Shown here: positions 31,799 through 42,350 of the stretch, piece after piece
Layout: each line of letters opens with the position of its first letter
Numbering within the stretch: the first letter of the stretch is position 1
NCBI GenBank assembly: GCA_963845755.1
Contig: CAWJTV010000011.1
Span: forward strand, 992,001-1,056,000
Origin: an uncultured Planctomycetota bacterium
GTDB lineage: Bacteria; Planctomycetota; Planctomycetia; Isosphaerales; Isosphaeraceae
DNA length: 64,000 nt
Direction of reading: 5' to 3'
Notes under the pieces: model-generated
What the model saw: only the letters and a program-made list of their open reading frames with translations
The model's database searches: none
Told to the model about the DNA's origin: nothing
Made by a program: the position numbers and the translations under genes

Positions 31799-33013
31799 AT
31801 GGTCAAGGAACCGGTCATTCGCAAGCTGATCATCCAGGGCTTCCGGAGCTTCTGCTCGGAGGTCGTGGAGTTCGATAATCCCACGGTCCTGGTGGGCCAG
31901 AACGGGTCGGGGAAGAGTAACCTGATTGATGCGCTGGCGTTTCTGAGCGAGGCGATGGTGAACCCGCTAATGCAGGTAATCGCTCGACGCCATGGCCAAC
32001 AGGTCGTGTGTCATAGGTCCTTACAACAGGGTCGCCTATATCATGGAACCATGGGGCTTGGAGTCGTCTTGGGGGCGATCAAAGAGGACGTCAGCGCCGC
32101 CCATTATGCATTTGAAATCGCCGTGGATGAATACAGCGGAGTCTCGGTCGAGCGGGAGCAGTGCGTGGTCGAGGCCCGGGACGGTCGTCGCACCTGGTTC
32201 GAGCGGATCAAGGACCAACCCTTCCGTTCCAATGTGAGTGGACTCGCCCCCCAACTTGAGGAGGATTTCCTCGCCCTCCCCTTGATCGGCGCTGACGCAA
32301 GGTTCGCCCCGGTGTACCAAGTCCTGGGGCGGATGCACTATTACGCGATCGACCCCGACAAGCTGCGATATTGGCAGTACCCGGAATCCGGTAGGCTTCT
32401 GCATCCCGATGGCGATAATGCGGCGAGTGTCTTGCGAGAGATTGCCGACCACGATCCAGATGATCTACGACGGATCGAGGAACTCCTGGAGGCTATCGTC
32501 CCCACGATCAAGCGCATCAATGTCAAGAGGTCCACGAGTCAACTAACGATCGAGTTCACCCAGCACCTGGACGGTGGACCGAAGTCCTTGACCTTGGAGG
32601 CTGCGAGCATGTCCGATGGAACGCTTCGCGCCCTAGGCCTGCTAATCGCAATTTATCAGAGGCCAACCCCATCGCTGATCGCGATCGAGGAGCCCGAGGC
32701 GACGATTCACCCCGGTGCGCTCGGGGTCATCCTCGACGTGTTGAGTTTTGCCAGCGAACGGACTCAAGTGATCGTCACGACCCATAGCCCCGAGGTCCTC
32801 AACGCGGAATGGTTGGAGGACCGGCATATCCGGATCGTCACCTGGGAGGACGGAGAGACGCGGGTCGCGCCGCTCGCCACCTGGTCCCGCGAAGCGCTGC
32901 GCGAACACCTGATGAGCGCGGGCGAACTCTTCCGATCTTACGCTCTGGAAGGCATGCCCCGCGGCCTGGAATCGGCCCAGCCATCGGAGCTCTTCGAGGA
33001 CGTGGCGGTATGA
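31799..33013 (+). CDS. ABC/SMC-type AAA ATPase (AAA_21-like)
   Basis: IQGFRSF, Walker A GQNGSGKS, signature MSDGTLR, Walker B IAIEEPE..HP, QVIVTTHSP. Confidence 0.9.
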   Translation: MVKEPVIRKLIIQGFRSFCSEVVEFDNPTVLVGQNGSGKSNLIDALAFLSEAMVNPLMQVIARRHGQQVVCHRSLQQGRLYHGTMGLGVVLGAIKEDVSAAHYAFEIAVDEYSGVSVEREQCVVEARDGRRTWFERIKDQPFRSNVSGLAPQLEEDFLALPLIGADARFAPVYQVLGRMHYYAIDPDKLRYWQYPESGRLLHPDGDNAASVLREIADHDPDDLRRIEELLEAIVPTIKRINVKRSTSQLTIEFTQHLDGGPKSLTLEAASMSDGTLRALGLLIAIYQRPTPSLIAIEEPEATIHPGALGVILDVLSFASERTQVIVTTHSPEVLNAEWLEDRHIRIVTWEDGETRVAPLATWSREALREHLMSAGELFRSYALEGMPRGLESAQPSELFEDVAV

Positions 33014-33636
33014 AGATCCAGCCGATCGTCGAGGGAGACGGTGAGGTCGGTGCAGTCCCTATTCTGCTTCGCCGCCTCGTCGCCGCGGCCAAGGCCTATC
33101 CGCTCGATGTCAATCTTCCCATCCGGCGCTCGCGGACGGATCTCGTGCGTGAGGACGGGGTCCGCGACGCCATTCGCCTGGCCCGGAAGAAACCAGATTG
33201 CGCGGCGATCCTCATCATGTTCGATAGTGATGATGACTGCCCCAAAGGCCTCGCCCCCGAGGTGCAGACGTGGGCACAGGCTGCGGCAAGCCCGATCCCA
33301 TGCTACGTCGTCATGGCGACGCGGGAATATGAGGCATGGTTCCTGGCGACGATCGAGTCGCTCCAAGAAGCCCGAGGTATCCGGGCCGATGCGATATCCC
33401 ATCCCGATCCGGAATCTCCCCGGGGTGCCAAAGAGGAGCTTCGGAAGCGGATGACCCCGAATCGGAAATACACCGAGAAAGCCGATCAGCCCGCGCTTAC
33501 AGCTCAGTTCGACATGGCGATGGCCTACCAGCGCTGCCGTTCCTTTCGGCGGATGGTCAAGGCCTTCGGGCTGCTGGCCGAGGGCGTCGGGATTGCCCTC
33601 GAACAATGGCCGCCGTCAGATTGGGTGAGTCCGTAG
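33010..33636 (+). CDS. DUF4276-like (TOPRIM-like) protein coupled to the ATPase
   Basis: ATGA overlap; IVEGDGE, FDSDDDCP, REYEAWFLA, PESPRGAK, Y.EKADQPAL, RSF. Confidence 0.82.
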   Translation: MKIQPIVEGDGEVGAVPILLRRLVAAAKAYPLDVNLPIRRSRTDLVREDGVRDAIRLARKKPDCAAILIMFDSDDDCPKGLAPEVQTWAQAAASPIPCYVVMATREYEAWFLATIESLQEARGIRADAISHPDPESPRGAKEELRKRMTPNRKYTEKADQPALTAQFDMAMAYQRCRSFRRMVKAFGLLAEGVGIALEQWPPSDWVSP

Positions 33637-33950
33637 CGAGGTTGACGTTGATCGACATTCCAACTCAACATAAACCCACACGGCGCGGTAGAATACTTGC
33701 TCAGGCCAAGTGCTTGCCGAGGACCGAGGGCTCTGAAATCCTTCCTTGATTCCGGAAGCCGGTCGGACGTGCCGCCGCGCGCTCGCCTGAACGCGTTTGG
33801 CTCGGTCCCGGTCGCCACGTTTCCGATCATGACCGCGTTTGTGGCGAGGGCGACCAGGCGCCGGCTGTCGGGCATAAACATAAAATTATGATAATTCTAT
33901 ATATATTTTAATTGATGTGTGGCGATGACGCGAGGCGCGAGGTCGGATGG

Positions 33951-36231
33951 TCATCCCCGGGTTTTTCTGACCACGAACCACTGCCCCCCGACCACGAGCA
34001 ACACGGCTGAGAGGGCGACCAGCGTGACCGTCGCGGCGCGGGCCAGGCCCGTCGGCCGGTATTGCAGCTCGACGCGTTGGGTGCCGGCGCCGGGGAGCGG
34101 GATCGCCTGGAGGCCGCCGTTGGCGCGGAGGGGCGGCTCGCAGGGCCGCCGTTGACCCGATAGAACCAGCCGGGATAGAAGGTGCGCCGGAGGATCAGGA
34201 TGCAGGAGCCGTCGTGCTCGACGGTCGCCGCGCGGCTGTCCCAGTCCAGGACACGGGTGGCTCGAGCGATCGGCTCCGGCAGTGCCGGCCGAGGATCCTC
34301 GGGGAGGAACCAGGCTTGCTCGGGGTAGTCGTGCATTTCCAGGGAGGTGTAGAGTTCGCCCCAGCTCCGCGCCTCGACGACCCGGTTGGCTACCCAGGCT
34401 GGTGGGAACGCAAAGGGGTCCTGCACCAACTTCCACGGCCCGTGGCCGTGCTGGCGCGGGACGCTTGCCAACACCCGATCGAGGGCCGGGTCGGCGATCA
34501 CGTCCACGAGTCGGAACCCGCGCACATCGTCGTCGGCCCCCCACACGCCATGGGTGACGCCAAAGCGGAGTTGCCAGCGGTGCTCACCCACGAGGACCCC
34601 GGGGAGCGGCCGCGTCGCCGTCGCGAGCAGGTAGTTCGGCGGGGGCGGCGTGATCCCCAGGTAGGGGTAAGCCGTGGTCAATCCGGCGTCCACCGGCACG
34701 TTGAGGAGCCGGCCGCCGACCAGGCCCACATCCGGCAGCGCGGCCAGTCGTCGCAGGACCGGGCTGGATTCGGGCAGGCGGACCTTCCACGCCCACCAGG
34801 ACGGCCCGGCAAACAGGAGAGTGCCCAGCTCCAGCACCGCGACAGAGACCGGCGCCCGAGCGCCCAGCCGGCCCAGCCGCCAGCCCACGATCGCCAGCAA
34901 GCCCAGCGTCCAGGCGATCCCCGCCGCCGCGAAGCGCGTGTCCATCGTTCCGGCGCCCAGGCCCTGCCGGAACTCCGTTCGCTGCGCCCAGGAGATCGAC
35001 CAGATCCAGGCCGCGGCGCCGAACGCGATGGCCAGGGCCAGGCCACGCCAGAACCGCCGCGGCGCGATCGTGCGGTCCAGGCCCCGGCCGGCCAGCAGGG
35101 CCAGGCCCAGACTGGTCAGGAGCGTGTACCGCGCCGGGCGCGGAACCAGCCCAGGCCGGGAAGGTGCAAGAGCATGTCGAAGCCGGCCGGCCACCAGCCC
35201 GGCATCGTCGCCAGGACCATCGACAGCGGTGCGACCAGCCGCCAGGCGGTCAAGGTCCGATCCCGACGCGTGGAAACCCACCCCACAAACGCCAGGATCA
35301 GCGGGACGACTCCCACGTAGGCGCATGCCTCGCCGGCGAATGTCTTGAGACGGAACCAGTAGTCATCCCCCGCCCCCATCGGCCGGCCCAGGAAGACTTC
35401 CGGCAACGCGAGCTGGGCCCAGTGCTCCGGCGGGAACAGGTGATTGGAAAGGAACTCCGCGGGACGGTTGAACCCGGCGACACCCGTCAGCTCCCAGGTC
35501 AGCCGGAGCTGCACGCCGGCGATCGCGGCACCCCAGGCCAGGCCCAGGATCAGGCCGAGGATCCGCCAGGGATGGCGGCGATCGCTTCCCGTTGCCGCGG
35601 AAGGGGATCGCCCCAGCGCCCGCCAGGCGCCGGACAGCAGCGCCAGCCCGCCGGTCCACATCTGGATCTGGAAATGCCCGAGCGCGATCTGGACGCCCCA
35701 GGCCAGCGCCAGCCCGGCCAGCCACGCCGGCCGGCCGGTCGCCGCGTAGCGGTCGGCCAGGAGCAGGCAGAGCGGCAAATAGGGCATCACATGATAGAAC
35801 GGCTCATGGACGGCATGCACCGACTGGAACCCGCACAGGGTGAAGCTCAGCGCCGCCATCGCCGCGCCCGCGGGGGTGATCCCCAGGGTGTGCGCATAGG
35901 CGAAGGTCGCCGCCACCAGCGCGACCCAGTGCGCCCACATCGACAGGCCGTACGCCGTCTCGACATGCCAGAACCGGTAGAGGAACCAGTTGGGCGGATA
36001 GAACACCGCGACGTGACTCTCGGCCACCAGGGGGACCCCCAGCCCGAACCGATCGCTCCAGAACGGCAGCCGGCCCGCGGCAAGCGCCCGAGCGAGCTCC
36101 GCCTTGATCGGCTGGTACATCAGCTCCGGGTCGCCGCCCAGCGGCGCGAAGCCGACCAGCACCGGCGCCATGATGCCCCCCACCACGCAAACCGACGCGA
36201 GCAGCCAGGGATTGGCGATCGTCCGGAACAC
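33951..36231 (-). CDS. YfhO-like GT-C fold membrane protein; frameshifts near 35135 and 34140
   Basis: GRLPFWSDRFGLGVPLVAE, FYPPNW, GHFQ, AYVGVVPL, RRTFYPGW, VELQYRP and many TM segments over three ORFs. Confidence 0.78.
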
Positions 36232-36409
36232 GGCAAAGTCCCGAGTTAACGAGGGCGCGCCGGGCGGCTTGCCAGTTCACCAGGGGCGCGATGTACGACG
36301 GTCTCGTCATACCCGAACGCGGCCGTCGGCCGCAACCGAAAAGGAATTCAAGATTCCCGATTCGAAATGTAAGTGACCCACGGAGACCCGCGCCGAACGT
36401 CACGACCGA

Positions 36410-37939
36410 TCATGCCGGCACCAACGGAGCGAACCGGCCGGCGGCGTCGGTCCAGGCGTCGGTGTCTCTGGGCTCGTAGATCGTCACGGGGAACGAGCGG
36501 GCGACGACGGCGCGGAGCTCGGCGATCGAGCCGAGCCGGCCGCGGCCGATGGCCTGCATCAGGATATTGCCGATCGCCGTGGCCTCGACCGGCCCGGCAT
36601 GCACCGGCCGGCCGCAGGCATCGGCGGCAAACTGGCAGAGCAACGCGTTCTTGCTCCCGCCGCCGACCACGTAGATTGTGCGGATTGTCGTGCCCAGGAT
36701 GCCCTCGAGCCGGTCGATCGCCCAGCGATATTTCAGGGCCAGGCTCTCGAGGCAGCAGCGGACCAGGGCCCCCTCGTCGGCGGGAGGGGCCTGGCCGGTC
36801 CGCTTGCAGTACGCGGCCAACCGCGCGGGCATGTCGCCGGTGGCCAGGAAGGTCGTGTCGTCGGGATCGACCAGAGTGGTGAAAGGGGGGGCAACCTGGG
36901 CCCGGGCAGTGAGCTCCTCGTACGACAAATCCCGCCCGGTGCGGGCCCAGGTCCGGCGGCTTTCCTGAACGAGCCAGAGCCCCATGATGTTCTTCAGCAG
37001 CCGAGTCGTTCCCGCCACGCCCCCCTCGTTGGTGAAATTATACCTCATTGTTTCGGCGTTGATGACCGGATGTGGAACTTCGACCCCCAGCAACGACCAA
37101 GTCCCCGAGCTGAGGTAGCACCAGTCGGGTGGCGCCGATCGCGATGCAGATGCCGAAGACGACGGTGATGCGGATGTCGCGCGTGCCGGCACGGCGGCCA
37201 CGGCGCTGGCCGTGTCGTGAGTGGCCGGCGCGATGACCATCACGGGGCGGGTCAAACCGATCTCCTCGGCGACCGACGACCGCAAGGGCCCCAGCGCCGT
37301 GCCGGGCTCGATCAGCTCGGGCAGGATCGTGCGGGGGACCTCCAGGTCGCGGCAGAGCTCTTCGGACCACGTTCCGGTGCGCGGGTCGAGCAACTGCGTC
37401 GTCGAGGCGTCGGTCCGCTCGCCGGCCCTCCGGCCGGTCAACAGCCAGCCGAAGAGGTCCGGCATCATCAGGAGCGTCTCGGCCATCTCGAGGATCGGCG
37501 AGTGCGACCGCACCATCGCCAGGAGCTGATACAGCGTGTTGAACGGCAGGAACTGCAAGCCGGTGATCTCGTAGATCCGCTCGCGCGGGACGCGCTGGAA
37601 CGCCGCCTCGAGCATGCCGTCGGTCCGCGCATCGCGATAATGCACCGGGTTGCCCAGCAGCGTCTCGCCCCGACCGATCAGGCCGAAATCGACCCCCCAG
37701 GTATCCACGCCGGCCCCGTCCAGCTCGCCGGACCCGGCCGCGGCTTTCTTGAGCGCCGTCTTGACCTCTTCGAACAGTCGAGGCAGGTCCCAGTAGAGGG
37801 TATCCCCCATCCGGACCGGTCCGTTGGGGAAGCGATGGACCTCGTCCAACTCCAGGCGCTCACCATCGAATCGCCCCAGGAGCCCCCGGCCGCTCTCGGC
37901 CCCGAGGTCCAGCGCCAGGTAGTTGCTCGTCGTGGCCAT
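36410..37939 (-). CDS. rhaB: Rhamnulokinase (FGGY carbohydrate kinase)
   Basis: YLALDLGAESGR, GVDTWGVDFG, HYRDART, HDTASAV, SSGTWSLLG, FTNEGG, LKNIMGLW, GPVEATAIGN. Confidence 0.9.
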   Translation of the reverse strand: MATTSNYLALDLGAESGRGLLGRFDGERLELDEVHRFPNGPVRMGDTLYWDLPRLFEEVKTALKKAAAGSGELDGAGVDTWGVDFGLIGRGETLLGNPVHYRDARTDGMLEAAFQRVPRERIYEITGLQFLPFNTLYQLLAMVRSHSPILEMAETLLMMPDLFGWLLTGRRAGERTDASTTQLLDPRTGTWSEELCRDLEVPRTILPELIEPGTALGPLRSSVAEEIGLTRPVMVIAPATHDTASAVAAVPARATSASPSSSASASRSAPPDWCYLSSGTWSLLGVEVPHPVINAETMRYNFTNEGGVAGTTRLLKNIMGLWLVQESRRTWARTGRDLSYEELTARAQVAPPFTTLVDPDDTTFLATGDMPARLAAYCKRTGQAPPADEGALVRCCLESLALKYRWAIDRLEGILGTTIRTIYVVGGGSKNALLCQFAADACGRPVHAGPVEATAIGNILMQAIGRGRLGSIAELRAVVARSFPVTIYEPRDTDAWTDAAGRFAPLVPA

Positions 37940-38082
37940 GTGCGTCGGTTCTCCCGTCGTGCGCGATGATTGCGGTGCGGTGCGATGCGGTCCCTTCTCT
38001 CGGGCGGGATGACCGCCCATCATAAGAACCCTTGAAGGACCGAACAAGCAGACATCCCAATCAGAGCGATCCCCTTTCCGGC

Positions 38083-38628
38083 TTACGTCGCCTCCCGATC
38101 TGAACGCCCCCTCCCGCTTCCCTGAGGTACACCCGGCTGGTTCCAGAGCAGACCGAGAAGCAATCCGGCCACGGCCGCGAGGATCAAGATCAGCGTTCCC
38201 AGAGCCCAGGCGACCCTGGGAAACTCGCCGTGCATCTTGAGCGACCCCGGAGTCACGGGGTTCCGGACATCGAACCACCGGTAGAGTGCGATGATCCAGG
38301 GATCGGGATATGGAAGACCCTTGTCGAACGTGAAGTAGACGAAGAATCGAGCACGGTAATAGGCCCAGGCGACGTAGATCGTCGCGGCGACAACGGCGGC
38401 CAGGATGACCGAAACCGCGGTCCGCGCTCTGCGCCCGCGGATGCTGGGGCCGAACATCCGGCCGACGGCGAACGCGGTGAGGGTGCAAAGGCCCCATGCG
38501 ATGACCGAGTTTGAGGCCACGATCCAGGCGTAGCCCAGCGAACCTTGCGCCCGTACCCAAGCGAACCCGATCGCGCAGGCGATGATGACGACGATCCACG
38601 TTCGCAGGTTCATTCGGCGGTCGCGCAT
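38083..38628 (-). CDS. Hypothetical membrane protein (about 4 TM)
   Basis: MRDRRMNLRTWIVVII start and several hydrophobic segments; co-oriented between the GH39 gene and rhaB. Confidence 0.65.
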   Translation of the reverse strand: MRDRRMNLRTWIVVIIACAIGFAWVRAQGSLGYAWIVASNSVIAWGLCTLTAFAVGRMFGPSIRGRRARTAVSVILAAVVAATIYVAWAYYRARFFVYFTFDKGLPYPDPWIIALYRWFDVRNPVTPGSLKMHGEFPRVAWALGTLILILAAVAGLLLGLLWNQPGVPQGSGRGRSDREAT

Positions 38629-38654
38629 GGTCGGCTTGCCTCGAATACCGGCTT

Positions 38655-40439
38655 CTATCGCGATCCGGGCCTCCTGGATTCCCAATCGAGCACGATCAGC
38701 GACACCGCCTGTCTGGGCAAGTTCACGCGAAGGGTGAGCTTGCCGCCCTCGGGATGGAGCCACCGGGGTGAACCTATCAATGTAAGGTCCGATGCCCTCT
38801 CCAGCGTGGCGTACTGGTCGGGTGTTGGCTTCGACGGCGAGCCCATCCGCTTCCACGCTTCGAACGCGTTGCTGTGGTCCCCGTCGATGCGGAAATGTTC
38901 CAGCAATACGGGGCCAATCCCGGCGGGCAGTTCCGCCACGGTCAGCTCGATGTCGGCCGCCGGGCCCGGCACGTCGTCGTCGTGATGGTGCCAGGCCAGC
39001 ACCCAGAGCTTGCCGTCCGCGCGGCTGGCCAGGGCCGAGACGTCGGGCTTGCCCCGCACGCCGCCGGTGCGAATCGCCTCCAGCCCGACCGCACCCGTGC
39101 TCTCGACGGCCAGCCGTTGCCCTCTCATCATCCCGAACATGCGGAAGACGTTGAGCACCGGCAGGGCGATGCCGTTGGTCGCCAGCACGCGAAACCCAGC
39201 GAAGTACGGCTGATCCTCGAACTCGAAGGCCCACGTCACGGCCCCTTCGAAGTGGACGCCGTGCTTTGCGGCCAGCTCATACTTGCGGGCGAAAGCGGCG
39301 GCGGTGTAGCTGGCGTAGAGCGTCCCGTTGCGGTAGCCGTTCTGCGGATAGACGCTCGACGGGCACGCGGCGCAGCCGTCCGGGTCCGATTCGCCGATGA
39401 TCACCGGCTTATTCTTCAGCTCGGGATAGCTCGCCACGACCTCGAAGCCCCGGTCGACGTCCTGGAGCTGCGAGGCGATCCCGGTCCGGACGTGCCCCTC
39501 GACGAACCGAGGATCACCCTTGGCGTGGAAGGCGATGAAATCGAGCGGAGAGCCCGTCTTCCCGGTGGCATGATTGGTGCCGCGGAGACAGTGCTCGAGG
39601 AAGTCGCGGAGGAACTTCCGGGTCGACGGGGTCCGAGGCCCGGCGACGTGCGGGCCGCCGACCCGCGCCGTGGGTAAGGCCCGCTTCACGGCGTCGACGG
39701 CGTGATCGTAGAGCCGGTGATATTCCTCGGGCGTGCCCCGCCAGTAGAAGATGTTGGGCTCGTTCCAGACCTCCCAGTACCACGTCTCGACCTCGGCCCG
39801 ACCGTACCGCTCGACGGAGTGTCGCACCCACCGGTGGACCAGCTCGGCCCACTTCGTGTAGTCCTTGGGCGGATAGGCCCAGCCGGTCGCGAGCGGGCTC
39901 CGGCCGCCCGGTGTCCAGGAATGTTGATAGGGCACCGGCTTGGTCGAGAGTGCCTCGGGCATGAAACCGATCTGGACATAAGGCTTCACGCCACGTTCCC
40001 GATAGGTGTCGAAAATACGGTCGAGGATCGTCCAGTCGTACTTCGGGTTGCCGGCGGCGTCTTCGGAGTAGACCCCGGTCGATCCCCACTTCAGCGCGGG
40101 GGTGCCGTCGCCGGAGGTCAACAAGTTGTGAGTGCGGATATAGACCGACTGAGGACTCAGGTCGGCAAGCTGCGAGAGCAGCTTCTGACCGTCTTTCATG
40201 TAAGTATAATTCGGCTCGTCGTGGCCGAAGAACCGCCAGACCGGACGCATCTCTCCGTTCGTGCGAGATGCATCGACGCGAATGGTGACAGGGAACGGCG
40301 GGTCGCCGGATCGCGGCCCCGGGTCGTCCGGGCCACCGGCGTGGCCGGCCATCGGGCCGATCGCGACGACGAGAATCCCCAGAAGACGACAAGCGGCCGA
40401 TCGAGCGGCCTCGCGGAAGGTTTCGGGCTTAATCTTCAT
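38655..40439 (-). CDS. GH39 beta-xylosidase-like glycoside hydrolase, secreted
   Basis: FFGHDEPNYTY, IRTHNLL, EVWNEPN (acid/base), FHAKG, IIGESDP (nucleophile), TWAFEFE, HSNAF. Confidence 0.9.
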   Translation of the reverse strand: MKIKPETFREAARSAACRLLGILVVAIGPMAGHAGGPDDPGPRSGDPPFPVTIRVDASRTNGEMRPVWRFFGHDEPNYTYMKDGQKLLSQLADLSPQSVYIRTHNLLTSGDGTPALKWGSTGVYSEDAAGNPKYDWTILDRIFDTYRERGVKPYVQIGFMPEALSTKPVPYQHSWTPGGRSPLATGWAYPPKDYTKWAELVHRWVRHSVERYGRAEVETWYWEVWNEPNIFYWRGTPEEYHRLYDHAVDAVKRALPTARVGGPHVAGPRTPSTRKFLRDFLEHCLRGTNHATGKTGSPLDFIAFHAKGDPRFVEGHVRTGIASQLQDVDRGFEVVASYPELKNKPVIIGESDPDGCAACPSSVYPQNGYRNGTLYASYTAAAFARKYELAAKHGVHFEGAVTWAFEFEDQPYFAGFRVLATNGIALPVLNVFRMFGMMRGQRLAVESTGAVGLEAIRTGGVRGKPDVSALASRADGKLWVLAWHHHDDDVPGPAADIELTVAELPAGIGPVLLEHFRIDGDHSNAFEAWKRMGSPSKPTPDQYATLERASDLTLIGSPRWLHPEGGKLTLRVNLPRQAVSLIVLDWESRRPGSR

Positions 40440-40603
40440 TGTACAGACCCTCGCAAACATTCTTGGAGTGATGGGCCGGGCGGATCTCTCGTCGCTACTG
40501 ATTTATAGGGTGTAATCTGGGCCCTCGCAAGGGATCGGGGAACCGTTATCATATCGCATAGCCGAGCGCGTCACCGCTCCCGCCTTTCCGGAGCTACGCC
40601 ACC

Positions 40604-42101
40604 ATGTTGCGAGCGTTGAGATACCTCCTGATCCTGTTCGTGTTCGTCGCCCTCGCCTACCTGGTCTACGTGAAGATCCGAGAGACGGCCTGGCAGGCGG
40701 ACTACGACGCGGGACGGAAGGCGCAGGCCGAGGGCCATCTCTCCGAGGCCCGGGCGCAGCTTCAGGCTGCCGTCGAGACGGCCCGATCCTTCGGCGAGCG
40801 CGACCCGAGACTCGCCCAATCCCTGATCTGGCTGGGTTTCGTCTCCATTGCCGAGGGAAAGGATGACGACGCGAGGCGGCGTTCCAGCAGGCCATGACTC
40901 TGCTCGAGAAGCTCCCGGCCGGGAATACTCTGGACATGGCCGAGTGCTTGAACGGCCTGGCGATCGCCGCGGGACACCAGGCCAAGAACGCCGAGGCCAG
41001 GGCATTCCTCGAGCGGGCTCTGGCTATCCGGCAGAAGACCCTGGGTCCCGATCATCCCATTGTGGCCGAGACCCTCGACCACCTGGCCTGGGTCCAGTGT
41101 AACAGGGGCATTACGCCGAGGCCGAACGGCTCGCCCGCCAGGCCATCGCGATCCAGGAGAAGACGCAGGGAGCCGGAAACCTCGAGCTGGGCCGCAACCT
41201 GAGCCATCTGGCCTGGTTCCTGATCCGGCAGGACAATTATGACGACGCCGAGCCTTTGCTCGAGCGGGCCTCGGCGGTTCTCGAGCAGCAACAGGATCTC
41301 GGGCGCCGCGATCTGGCCGCGTGCCTCAATAGCCTGGCGATCCTCAAGTGCGCCCTCGCCCGGTACGGCGAGGCGGAGACCGTTGTTCCGAAGGGTCCTC
41401 GAGATGCGGGAGCAGGCGCTCGGAGCGGACCATCCCGAGGTGGCGGAAAGCCTGAGCAACCTGGCGAGCGTCCTCCGGGACGAGCATCGATACGCCGAGG
41501 CCCGGCCGCTCTACGAACGGTCGCGGCGCGCGATCGAGAAGGCGATGGGGCCCGGGAGTCCCGCGCTCGCCTGGACCCTGACCAACCTCGCCAAGCTCGA
41601 ATCGAAGGAGAAACACGACGCCGAAGCCGAGGCGCTCGTCCGTCAGGCGCTGGCGATCCGCGAGAAGACTTTTGGTCCGATTCATCCCGAGGTGGCCATG
41701 AGCCTCAACCAGTTGGCCAGACTGGAACTCGAGCACGGCCGCTACGACGAGGCGGAGGCCCTGGTCCGCCGGCGCTGGCGATCGAGGAGAAAACCGGTCC
41801 GCCGATCGCCTCGGCCGGCGGCTTCGACATCCTGGCCCAGATCCTGGCTCACCACGGTCGAGTGGCCGAGGCCGAATCCAGGTTCCGGACCGCTCTGGCG
41901 TTCCGAGCGGAGGTGATTCACGTCGATCACCCCGATACCGCGGAGATCCTGGAGCACCTCGCGGCGCTGCTCCGCAAGACCGGCCGCGGCGGCGAAGCGA
42001 AGACGATCGAAGTCCAGGCCAAGGCGATGCTGGAGCAAGACGGACCCAAAGGTTCCGGCAAAGTGACGACCCGCGTCGAGGAGAATCGGCCGGGAGAATG
42101 A
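40604..42101 (+). CDS. Membrane-anchored TPR (kinesin-light-chain-like) protein; several frameshifts
   Basis: N-terminal TM; repeats LGPDHP.VA..L.NLA, ALAIREK distributed over 4-5 overlapping ORFs. Confidence 0.82.
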
Positions 42102-42154
42102 CCAGCCGAGAGCACCGCGACGCGTAAGGCGAGGCGAAGGGAGGCGGGCACTGG

Positions 42155-42289
42155 ATGGTCTTCAGCCGGATCGCGGACGAGCAACTGCACGCCCGCCTGG
42201 AGGTCGTCGCCGGATTCTTCCTCGTCGCCTGTGCCCTGACCCCGCTGGCCGCCTTCCTCGTTCATCACTATCGACGTCGCTCGAGGTAG
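42155..42289 (+). CDS. Possible 44-aa single-TM protein
   Basis: MVFSRIADEQLHARLEVVAGFFLVACALTPLAAFLVHHYRRRSR; GGGAGG upstream; basic tail after the hydrophobic helix. Confidence 0.4.
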   Translation: MVFSRIADEQLHARLEVVAGFFLVACALTPLAAFLVHHYRRRSR

Positions 42290-42350
42290 GACCCAGACGA
42301 TCCTCTCCGCCTCTGAGGCACGGCGGTCGACCGAGGCCGGGATTCTTCCC

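Noticed and set aside
36410..38599. 220-aa N-terminal extension on rhamnulokinase
   Set aside because: Extension is an alternative frame of the upstream membrane protein; family-like sequence begins at ATG 37939.
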